The notes under the pieces are model-generated. The model had not been told where the DNA came from, made no database searches, and saw only the letters and a list, made by a program, of their open reading frames with translations. From a virus: a stretch of DNA of 47,694 bases. Each line of letters opens with the position of its first letter. The first letter of the stretch is position 1. Positions 25,071 to 32,743 of the stretch are shown here, piece by piece. The position numbers and the translations under genes were made by a program. The stretch lies in the IMG/VR virus record IMGVR_UViG_3300022538_000189; one strand, given 5' to 3'.

Positions 25071-25478
25071 TTAATCCCCCTTCTGTTTTATATCCAAAAC
25101 TTCTTCTTTTATAATCTTTGCCTCGATGATGGTACCATTGTGTTCTTCTCCAAACTTCTTTTGTTTTTCTTTTCTCGGTAACATATCAGGACTTGCATAA
25201 TAATTCTTTATTGCTATCTGTATAGGTTTTATGTCCCTCTCAGCGATAGTTAAATTAGGCACAAATTTATCAACTAACTTCATAAGTACTTTGTCATCTT
25301 TGAATGCACGTTCTATAATATATTCTATAAGGCGTGTATCATGCCTCTTTTCTACCTTTTCAATTGCTCTTTCTAAAAGTTCACGAGTTATAGGTTTTCT
25401 GCTTACCTGTAACTTATTACCTTTGATAAATTGTCCTGCTATATCTCTTCCCTCTTTAACTACCTGTACTTTTCTCAT
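25071..25478 (-). CDS. Hypothetical basic helical protein; weak candidate for the DNA-binding small terminase.
   Basis: 135 aa with SD GGCGGGGA. No diagnostic motif; listed as a candidate only because no small terminase gene (terS) is recognisable next to terL. Confidence 0.25.
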   Translation of the reverse strand: MRKVQVVKEGRDIAGQFIKGNKLQVSRKPITRELLERAIEKVEKRHDTRLIEYIIERAFKDDKVLMKLVDKFVPNLTIAERDIKPIQIAIKNYYASPDMLPRKEKQKKFGEEHNGTIIEAKIIKEEVLDIKQKGD

Positions 25479-25553
25479 CTAATCCCCGCCTAAAAGAATT
25501 TGCCCAGAGACGCAATAAGGCTGCTGTCTCTCCACACTATCTCTATCTTTACT

Positions 25554-25826
25554 TCAATCTTTATATTTTTTTCTATTCAAAAATTCATCTTTTACAATCT
25601 TTAACCCAGCTGTACCCTCTAATTTCAGCTTTAAATGGGTTAATAATGCCCCTAATATAATCTTTATATCAAAATTCCCAATTGAGCTCCCTACAAATAA
25701 TCTCTGAGCTAAATCTTCTTTAAGCTTTCTATGTTCTTCTTTAACATCATTAAGATTTGTATATATATAAACACAAATGACTACTTGCGAACAGATAAAA
25801 GCCATTACATACCAAAATAGATTCAT
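25554..25826 (-). CDS. Small membrane protein with one N-terminal transmembrane helix.
   Basis: 90 aa with hydrophobic N-terminus LFWYVMAFICSQVVICVYIY. SD AGGGGGAA. Confidence 0.5.
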   Translation of the reverse strand: MNLFWYVMAFICSQVVICVYIYTNLNDVKEEHRKLKEDLAQRLFVGSSIGNFDIKIILGALLTHLKLKLEGTAGLKIVKDEFLNRKKYKD

Positions 25827-25834
25827 ATTTCCCC

Positions 25835-26128
25835 CTATAAAAATTTATTATCCTTTAATACTTGATATAATCCAACACTAAGTCTGGACACATCATCCTC
25901 TCTCAATCCGCCCCCATTATAATTTGCATCTACTGCATGGAGTATTTCATGGAGAAGTGTTTCTTCTATATTTGTTTTATTTATTTTTTTACCTTTATAT
26001 TTTGTTGCCAGAAATATTATATTTTTACTGTGATCTGCTTCTCCAACTAAATTTTTATTGGATAATCCTTCATTGTCCCATATAATATCGTAATAATGTC
26101 CAGCTACTTTAATCTTTTTTGGTATCAT
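25835..26128 (-). CDS. Small HExxH zinc metallopeptidase-like protein.
   Basis: I chose the ATG at 26128 (SD AAGAGGAAAG). 97 aa with LLHEILHAVD. Confidence 0.5.
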   Translation of the reverse strand: MIPKKIKVAGHYYDIIWDNEGLSNKNLVGEADHSKNIIFLATKYKGKKINKTNIEETLLHEILHAVDANYNGGGLREDDVSRLSVGLYQVLKDNKFL

Positions 26129-26286
26129 CTTTCCTCTTTTCTTGATAACGTATAAACCCCCAATACGCAACCCACTAACCCTATCTGAGTACTCAAATCA
26201 GTCCGCAATGAAATTACGTAATGACATGTTATAATGTCATTGCACAGGTGATTCCCAGTCAACGAAAATTCATATTACTTCCTATC

Positions 26287-26466
26287 TTAAATTTTACCAA
26301 GACCATCTAAAGCATCTTGCAATCTGTTAATTTTATACAATCTTTTTATGCCATTCATACATTCTTTTATGTCCTTATATTCGCCTTCTGGATAAGCTGA
26401 ATAAGGTTTTAATATTCTATGTCCATCAATTTTTTCAAGTGCTTCCCATAACATTTTATAATCCAT
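26287..26466 (-). CDS. Hypothetical small protein; first gene of the leftward operon.
   Basis: I chose the ATG at 26466 (SD AAAGAGGAAA). 59 aa. Confidence 0.45.
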   Translation of the reverse strand: MDYKMLWEALEKIDGHRILKPYSAYPEGEYKDIKECMNGIKRLYKINRLQDALDGLGKI

Positions 26467-26640
26467 TATTTCCTCTTTATTATTCTTAATGTTTCCCACA
26501 TTGCCTCAAACTTTTCGCCACGCTGGAGTAGGGCGATAATATTATCTATCCTTTTACTATTTTTATTTTAATTCCTTCACTCGGAGTGCCACTTAATCAT
26601 CAAATATTCTATCCGATTTCCTCATTCTCGTTTCATATAT

Positions 26641-26669
26641 AGTATAGCACATTTCGTTCCATTTGTCAA
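26641..26669 (-). promoter_or_regulatory. Sigma-70/SigA-type promoter (family member P1) driving the leftward block.
   Basis: Minus-strand sequence TTGACAAATGGAACGAAATGTGCTATACT: -35 TTGACA, a 17-nt spacer with TGTGn extended -10, and -10 TATACT. Confidence 0.7.
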
Positions 26670-26853
26670 GTCTTTTTTATAATTATCTTCATTTTTTTTT
26701 AATTATTTTCACAAAAACTTTTAATGCAGGAGAATAAATCTATCCACCCCATGGACGAGGGACATTTCGCCCTTATTTTACAACGGTTTCAAAAATCGTA
26801 AATTCTTATATTTTTATATATATTTGCCAAATTTTTTTATTCTTTTACATTAG

Positions 26854-27088
26854 GAGTGAATGCGACCAGTCAAGGGATTCCTTAAAAAAAAAGTAAAGGA
26901 GAGGTACCCATACCCTTCTCGTGATAGATAAGAGTATAATGTGTTTGATATTAAATTAAAATTAGGAGACACTCCGTGCTCCTTCTTTTAATTTAAATTA
27001 AGATACTGTATATTAAAAGGATAACAAAAGCTTTAAGGTGTCCACTTCGTGGACAAAGATTCCGTTCGCTCCCTCTGGTCGCTCACTC
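26854..27088. repeat. Long-range interrupted inverted repeat (19 paired positions) enclosing 192 nt.
   Basis: Left arm GAGTGA-at-GCGACCAG-tca-AGGGA (26854-26877). Right arm TCCCT-CTGGTCGC-TCACTC (27070-27088). The arms are GC-rich islands in an AT-rich spacer. Confidence 0.7.
26951..26996. repeat. 46-nt near-perfect palindromic hairpin (bidirectional terminator or cruciform candidate).
   Basis: TTAAATTAAAA-tt-AGGAG-a-CAC-tcc-GTG-CTCCT-tc-TTTTAATTTAA. Confidence 0.7.
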
Positions 27089-27512
27089 AAACCCCCGCCC
27101 ACAAATGAAGGATTGTTCATATATGCAAATATAAGGATATATAGGGATAATGCTCACTTAATGTAATTAGAACTATTTAAAATGGATCTTAAATTACTAT
27201 CCTAATACTAATCTTAATGCAGGGAAATTTAATATTAAATTAAGGCAGGAATAAGATAATAAGATAGTGCTACCCCTTATTTAGTGATATTTTGAATAAA
27301 TCCCGAATAGCGGAATAGAGGAATAAAGGATATATAAGACCCTGCTAACGCAGGGAATAATAAAAGAAAATTAGTTAAATCAATTAGTATTACTTATGTA
27401 ATGTATCTATCCTATACTAAGATGATACGGATATAATAACTAATATCAAATAGCAACCGCCCTCGACCCTTTTAAATAAGTGAAAATAAATGAAAATAAA
27501 TCGCTAAAACCC

Positions 27513-27542
27513 TTGACAAGTATATTAAATCTATGATAAAAT
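27513..27542 (+). promoter_or_regulatory. Rightward promoter of the plus-strand block.
   Basis: TTGACA at 27513-27518, an 18-nt spacer ending in TGa, and -10 TAAAAT at 27537-27542. Confidence 0.55.
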
Positions 27543-27713
27543 AAGAGAAAAAAGAGCAACCAACGAAACCATAAAAACGCCAAAGCCCACTGGAACTTGA
27601 AAAGTGAAAAATTAAAGGAGATAGTAAGGCACAGCGACCTATTATCTCTGACCGACCCAATGAAAAGCAAAGGAGATATAAAGCGAATAAGAATAATACT
27701 TATAGCTTTATAG

Positions 27714-27803
27714 ACCCATCTATTAAAGGGATAGAATGGAAATTCCCTTACTTGAACTGATAACGCCATAGATGGGTTTATTAAGGTTATACTTATACCT
27801 TAA
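27714..27803 (+). promoter_or_regulatory. Structured 5' leader upstream of the lipoprotein gene.
   Basis: Nested stems ACCCATCTA/TAGATGGGT (27714-22 / 27769-77) and AAGGGA/TCCCTT. A second hairpin TTAAGGT-9 nt-ACCTTAA (27781-27803) lies 8 nt before the SD. Confidence 0.5.
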
Positions 27804-27827
27804 ATAAAAAGAAAGGAGAATAAAACA

Positions 27828-28337
27828 ATGAAGAAGATACTGTTTTTTTTGATTCTGTCTATATTCTTTCTAAGTGGATGTATTCATATTTTCGTTCTGC
27901 CTGATGATGCCGAATTTCTTGCCTTAATTGAAGAATTAAATACTCCGAGAAAAGCTTGTCAATATATGTTAGATAATTTTGTTTATAGACCTAATATTTT
28001 AAAACCTATAAATCCATATCAGTTATATTTATGCAAAATGGGAGATTGCGACGACTTCTCTAATTGGGGAGTATTTTTTGCCAATTATCATAATTACGAA
28101 ACTTATCAGATAAAAATATATTACAAAAATACCCCTTATTCCCATTCTCTTGCAGTTTACAAAGAAAATGGAAGATATAACTTTTCAAATAACCAATATT
28201 ATCTTTTCATACAGGCAGAAAATTTTGAGTATATTGTTATATATGATAGTTATTTCTTAATGGAAAGAGAATGGATAAAGTATATCGTTTATGATTACGG
28301 AATGAATGTTATTGAAATAGGATATAATAAAATCTAA
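27828..28337 (+). CDS. Lipoprotein with a transglutaminase-like cysteine protease motif.
   Basis: 169 aa with a signal peptide and lipobox FFLSGC. Contains KMGDCDDFSNWG (Cys), YSHSLAVY (His) and downstream N/D candidates. Paralogous motif to the 46923-47414 protein. Confidence 0.55.
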   Translation: MKKILFFLILSIFFLSGCIHIFVLPDDAEFLALIEELNTPRKACQYMLDNFVYRPNILKPINPYQLYLCKMGDCDDFSNWGVFFANYHNYETYQIKIYYKNTPYSHSLAVYKENGRYNFSNNQYYLFIQAENFEYIVIYDSYFLMEREWIKYIVYDYGMNVIEIGYNKI

Positions 28338-28360
28338 TAAAAAGAAAGGAGATTTTATAA

Positions 28361-28663
28361 ATGGAAATTAAATGCAAAAACTGCGGAAAGAAACAGGAAC
28401 TCACTAACGAATATATCTTAGGCAATAGGGGAGGGAAACCGCCGAAATTCATAACCTTTCAGGAGAGCAAGAACAAGTTTTATTATTATTGTAAAAAATG
28501 TTATATGGTAAAATGTAAGGAAGTAGAAAGAATACAGTTTTTACCTATAACGAGAATAATCCGTAATATCTTCAAGCACACCGAAAATAGTAATAAAACA
28601 AACTCTGAAAAAGCAACGCAAAGAATTATTAAATGGTTAGATGAAAAAGGATATTTTGATTGA
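28361..28663 (+). CDS. Zinc-ribbon protein.
   Basis: 100 aa with CKNCG…CKKC and SD aaaggag. Confidence 0.5.
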   Translation: MEIKCKNCGKKQELTNEYILGNRGGKPPKFITFQESKNKFYYYCKKCYMVKCKEVERIQFLPITRIIRNIFKHTENSNKTNSEKATQRIIKWLDEKGYFD

Positions 28664-28690
28664 AACTAACAATGAAAGGAGACCAACTAA

Positions 28691-28903
28691 ATGCCAATAA
28701 AAATTTATTTATTTAAGTTTTTAACTGCAAAAATTAGAGCAATTAAGAAAGTAGAAAAAGCGAGAAGGGAATATCATTCCTTTATATCAGTCAGAAGCCT
28801 AAAGGATATCTTTAGTAATTACAATTTAATGACAACCTATCTAAGACTTGAAAACAACTTGATAGAAACAAAGAACAAACTTAATTTATTAAATAAATCC
28901 TAA
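28691..28903 (+). CDS. Hypothetical small helical protein.
   Basis: 70 aa with SD aaaggag. Confidence 0.45.
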   Translation: MPIKIYLFKFLTAKIRAIKKVEKARREYHSFISVRSLKDIFSNYNLMTTYLRLENNLIETKNKLNLLNKS

Positions 28904-28997
28904 TAGGTTTATAGACCTTTTTAATTTTAGCAACATTAAAGAGGTTTATTAAGCCCATTAAATTGATACGAAATAAATTGAAAGGAGTATAAAAGTA

Positions 28998-29072
28998 ATG
29001 GAAAAATGTATTGTGTTTATAGTATGCCTAACAATTATAACTTACTCAATATACTATATTAAAAAAAATTAA
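28998..29072 (+). CDS. 24-aa hydrophobic micropeptide candidate.
   Basis: Sequence MEKCIVFIVCLTIITYSIYYIKKN. SD aaaggag lies 9 nt upstream. It is below the ORF-track size cutoff. Confidence 0.35.
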   Translation: MEKCIVFIVCLTIITYSIYYIKKN

Positions 29073-29091
29073 AAAGGAGTGATTGAAATAA

Positions 29092-29373
29092 ATGTCAGTA
29101 GTATTATTTCAGAATATCGAAGTAACTAAGACCCTGACAAATAGCCCACAGAGAACCAAAAAGACTACAACCTTTAAATGGAAATTCACTTTCAGAAATT
29201 TATCTTTTTCTGGAACACTAAGCAACGAAAATATTAATTTCACTCGAAAAGAACAAATAGACTTATTTCAGGAAATGATTAATACAATGAAATGTATCGA
29301 AGAAGGGAGAATAAAAGGATTAAAATCCTTAGAAAAAGAGGAAGGAAGGAGATTTTTAGAATATAATGGATAA
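29092..29373 (+). CDS. Hypothetical protein.
   Basis: 93 aa with SD aaaggagtga. Confidence 0.45.
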   Translation: MSVVLFQNIEVTKTLTNSPQRTKKTTTFKWKFTFRNLSFSGTLSNENINFTRKEQIDLFQEMINTMKCIEEGRIKGLKSLEKEEGRRFLEYNG

Positions 29374-29821
29374 TAAGATAGTATTGATAAAATCAAAAAA
29401 ACAAAAGCAAATTGATTTTTTGAAGAAACTTGTAAAAGAACCAAGAGACCGAGCAAAAGACAGCTTAATGAAACAAACTGACCGAGCCATTGAAGCAATA
29501 GTAGAATTTAAAGCCGACCTTGTAACAAACGGAATAAATACCCATATATACGATTTTGATTATAACGACACAGCGGATATATTCAAGCCTCTGAAAGAGA
29601 TTATTGGATATATGGATTTTATAATTGAAACCGAAGTAAATCGCATTGTTGAAATATCCCTTGAAAGTACACTTGACGAAATCAACTATATGGAAGAAAA
29701 AGCCTTACACGAAAGAGCAAAGAAGTTATTACAAAAAAGGAAAGAAAAAGCCGACAAAGAACACGACAAGACAGTAACAAAACTTAGGAATAAAAACGGA
29801 ACTATCTTTTTCAATTATTAA
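29366..29821 (+). CDS. Hypothetical helical protein.
   Basis: 151 aa; overlaps the upstream gene by 8 nt. Confidence 0.45.
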   Translation: MDNKIVLIKSKKQKQIDFLKKLVKEPRDRAKDSLMKQTDRAIEAIVEFKADLVTNGINTHIYDFDYNDTADIFKPLKEIIGYMDFIIETEVNRIVEISLESTLDEINYMEEKALHERAKKLLQKRKEKADKEHDKTVTKLRNKNGTIFFNY

Positions 29822-29840
29822 AAAGGAAGGAGTAAAAAAA

Positions 29841-30017
29841 ATGAAATATTTTTTTAATAGTTTGAGGAAAATGGATTTTGAGAAAATCAAAATATCTCAA
29901 GCCCTAAGACTTTTCAAATTTAACTATCTTAGGGGAAGAATAGAAAGAAAGGAGTATAAATATTTAGTGAAACTAATCTATAAAAATAAAAAAATGAAAA
30001 GGAGATTCGCACATTGA
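29841..30017 (+). CDS. 58-aa basic protein, translationally coupled to the amidoligase gene.
   Basis: ATG at 29841 with SD aaggaaggag. Its TGA (30015-30017) overlaps the TTG start of the next gene (TTGA). It is below the ORF-track size cutoff. Confidence 0.45.
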   Translation: MKYFFNSLRKMDFEKIKISQALRLFKFNYLRGRIERKEYKYLVKLIYKNKKMKRRFAH

Positions 30018-31606
30018 ACACAGAAAAAAAAGTTAATAAATTAACCTGTGAAGGTTGCAAGAAGAAAATTGATGAAAGATACGCCCTTGAAAGCGGAGAT
30101 TGTTATTATTGCCTGGATTGTTGGCTGGGTAAGTACGAAAACCACCTACTATTTCACTATGATTATAAACCGAAGCCAATATTTTGTAAAATGTCATTCG
30201 AGAAGAACCCTCTTTTCTTAGGAATTGAGCTTGAAGTAGAAGCAAACGACGACACCGATGAATATTATGATGATGAAGACGACGACAGCAACAGCGACGG
30301 TTATTTACAGGATTATGCTTATGGTATTATGAAATCGTACCCCTGTTATATCAAATACGATGGAAGCCTCAATAATCATGGAATGGAGATTGTAACCCAC
30401 CCGCAATCGGTTAAATATCATAAGAGGATTTTTAAGTGGAAGCAACTGCTTGAAACATTAAAAGCTGACGGATTCACCTCGTACAAAAATAATAGATGCG
30501 GACTACATATCCACATATCAAAAAAATGGTTTAAGCCAGAAGATTTTTTGAAATTTAACATATTTTTTGATAAAAATTTCTCTGTAATGAAACGCTTTTC
30601 AAAAAGGACAAAGACAAACTATTGTAATAAAGTAAATGCAGAAGAAACAAGAAGAATATCCAAAGATAAAAAGAAAGCACAACTTGAGGAGTGGTACGAT
30701 CATTATAGATGTGTATATTTCGGAAATCCTACCACGATAGAACTCCGTATATTCAGAGGAACTCTTGATATAGACCGCTTTAATGCCACCCTTGATATAA
30801 CGGAAGCCCTTGCCTATTTTGTTAAAAGTTATTCACTTGTATTTTTTATCAAGGCAACTAAAAAACAATTATGGTTTTCATTCTTAGCTTTTATGAAACA
30901 ATCAAAGAAATACCATAAGTTATTAAAATACTTAGAAAAAAAGACCCTTCTATATTGCCCTCTTAACAATATACCAAGACAAGGAACAATACTTGAAAGT
31001 AATGTAGAGAGAAAAGACCTTCTAACTTTAATGGGAAATTCCAATATTAAAGAATTTTTGAAAGGGAAAGAATTAAATAAATTGGAGTATTATTTTGATG
31101 ATTTTGAAGATTATATAATTAACTATCAAAATGATGTCTATTTCCTAAGAGATAATTGCTATCTACCGATTAATTTTGAGAAAATAGTAATGTATAACAA
31201 ACATTACAACGCACAAAAGCGAAAAATGATTTTAGATTTTTTTATTGAGTACGGTTTTACTTTTGAGATTCAAAGGGAAAATATAAATCTAAATATCAGA
31301 AATAGAAAAGAATTCGCCACAGCTTTAGGAGTAGATATAGACAAGATTAGGAAAGAAAGGGAAAAGAAAAACCAACTTGACGAAAAGCTAATGAAAAAAG
31401 CCAACAAGAGAGCAGGGAGAACCAGGAATAATAATATTTACGGTACACTAGAATTTACAAGAACAGGTAGGACTAATAGTGTGATAAGCATAGACACCAA
31501 GAATCGAGATTGGGAAACAGAGAAAATTCACCGCCTGATAACAAAAGCCCTTGCAAAAAGAGAGAATAAACATTATATCTTTATAATCAAAAATAAAAAT
31601 AATTAA
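30014..31606 (+). CDS. Amidoligase (Amidoligase_2 family, glutamine-synthetase-like fold) with an N-terminal zinc ribbon.
   Basis: 530 aa with a TTG start (SD GGAGA 8 nt upstream). CEGC…CYYCLDC at the N-terminus, then LGIELEVEA, an acidic insert, YIKYDGSLNNHGMEIVTHP, CGLHIHISK and TIELRIFRGT. Confidence 0.65.
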   Translation: MNTEKKVNKLTCEGCKKKIDERYALESGDCYYCLDCWLGKYENHLLFHYDYKPKPIFCKMSFEKNPLFLGIELEVEANDDTDEYYDDEDDDSNSDGYLQDYAYGIMKSYPCYIKYDGSLNNHGMEIVTHPQSVKYHKRIFKWKQLLETLKADGFTSYKNNRCGLHIHISKKWFKPEDFLKFNIFFDKNFSVMKRFSKRTKTNYCNKVNAEETRRISKDKKKAQLEEWYDHYRCVYFGNPTTIELRIFRGTLDIDRFNATLDITEALAYFVKSYSLVFFIKATKKQLWFSFLAFMKQSKKYHKLLKYLEKKTLLYCPLNNIPRQGTILESNVERKDLLTLMGNSNIKEFLKGKELNKLEYYFDDFEDYIINYQNDVYFLRDNCYLPINFEKIVMYNKHYNAQKRKMILDFFIEYGFTFEIQRENINLNIRNRKEFATALGVDIDKIRKEREKKNQLDEKLMKKANKRAGRTRNNNIYGTLEFTRTGRTNSVISIDTKNRDWETEKIHRLITKALAKRENKHYIFIIKNKNN

Positions 31607-31622
31607 AAGGAGAAAAAAATAT

Positions 31623-32435
31623 ATGTGTATAATTGTTTTTAAACCCAAAGGAGTAAAACCACCAAAGGAAAAAATTTTAAGGAACTGCTTTTCAAACAAT
31701 GCTGACGGTATGGGAATAGCAATTCAAAGGGATAATAAAATAATAATTAATAAATTTATGAAAATAGAGCCTTTTATAAATCATATCAGACATAGCGTAA
31801 GAAAAGAAGATAATGTTATTTATCACTTTAGGATTGCTACGCATGGAAGGGTTAGCATTGAAAACGCCCACCCTTTTATTATCACAAAAGACTGTAAAGA
31901 AATGAACGAAAGCGAGAGTATAACAGAAAAGAATATCTTAGCCCATAACGGAATAATAATTTCTTTAGTTGACGATCAAAAAACAAACGATAGTAAGGTT
32001 TTAGCCCACATTTTAGCCGACAGGGAGATTAACAGAAACCTTTTTAAATCGAAAGGAATAAGAAAGTTAATTAAAACTATCTTAGCAACCGACAAGCTAA
32101 TAATAATGAATAAATCAGGTAACTTTTTTATGATAGGAGATTTTGAAAGGGAAAAAGGAATATACTATTCAAACCTAACCTATAAATATAATACTGAATA
32201 CTTACAAAGATACTATGATGATTATTATTATATCCCCTGGAATAGCAAAGACAAAAAATCTAACCTGACAATCGAAGAAGCAAAAAGGCAGAAATTATTA
32301 TCCGAAACCGATAAAATTAGGGTTAGTGGTGCTTGTTGTGCATATTGTAACACCAGGAAAGAAGTATATTATTTCTGGGATATCGAAGAAAATCTTTGTG
32401 AAAACTGTTTCCATTCAATCTATGAAATAGAATAA
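31623..32435 (+). CDS. Class-II (Ntn, Cys2) glutamine amidotransferase with a C-terminal zinc ribbon.
   Basis: 270 aa. N-terminal MCIIVF with Cys directly after the Met. Also ADGMGIA, HFRIATHG, ENAHPF, LAHNGII and NDS. C-terminal CCAYC…CENC. Confidence 0.65.
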   Translation: MCIIVFKPKGVKPPKEKILRNCFSNNADGMGIAIQRDNKIIINKFMKIEPFINHIRHSVRKEDNVIYHFRIATHGRVSIENAHPFIITKDCKEMNESESITEKNILAHNGIIISLVDDQKTNDSKVLAHILADREINRNLFKSKGIRKLIKTILATDKLIIMNKSGNFFMIGDFEREKGIYYSNLTYKYNTEYLQRYYDDYYYIPWNSKDKKSNLTIEEAKRQKLLSETDKIRVSGACCAYCNTRKEVYYFWDIEENLCENCFHSIYEIE

Positions 32436-32450
32436 GGAATAGGAAGAAAA

Positions 32451-32487
32451 ATACCCTGCAATTTTGATATTGCAGGGTATTTTTTTT
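32451..32487 (+). terminator. Rho-independent terminator ending the amidoligase operon.
   Basis: ATACCCTGCAAT-6 nt-ATTGCAGGGTAT (12-bp stem) followed by TTTTTTT. Confidence 0.85.
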
Positions 32488-32620
32488 GTGTCAGGAAAAA
32501 AGACCTCGAAAAACCCCCTAAATTCTGCTTTTAAACCCTCTTTACATACAAACACAAGCAAAAATAACAAAACCCCACCAGCAACGCATACGACCCCTTA
32601 AATCCGATTTGTTAATAAAA

Positions 32621-32731
32621 TGTGTATAACTTTTGGAAAATGTGTATAACTGAAAAAAAATGTTGAAAAAGTGTTAATAAATCGAAAAAAATGTGGAAAA
32701 CCTGTGGAAAACTCTTGACTTTTGTGGATAA
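32621..32731. promoter_or_regulatory. Cluster of five same-orientation DnaA-box-like 9-mers.
   Basis: TGTGTATAA at 32621 and 32641; TGTGGAAAA at 32692 and 32703; TGTGGATAA at 32723. Their complements are TTATACACA, TTTTCCACA and TTATCCACA. Weaker TGTTGAAAA and TGTTAATAA lie between them. Confidence 0.6.
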
Positions 32732-32743
32732 CTATGTTATAAT
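32715..32743 (+). promoter_or_regulatory. Consensus promoter whose spacer contains a perfect DnaA box.
   Basis: TTGACT (32715-20), 17-nt spacer tttGTGGATAActatgt, TATAAT (32738-43). Confidence 0.65.

Noticed and set aside
27446-27769. 107-aa and nested 62-aa minus-strand ORFs inside the large non-coding region.
   Set aside because: They have F/L/S-rich low-complexity translations typical of AT-rich DNA and no SD. They run antisense across the rightward promoter and its leader, and nothing couples them to neighbouring genes.
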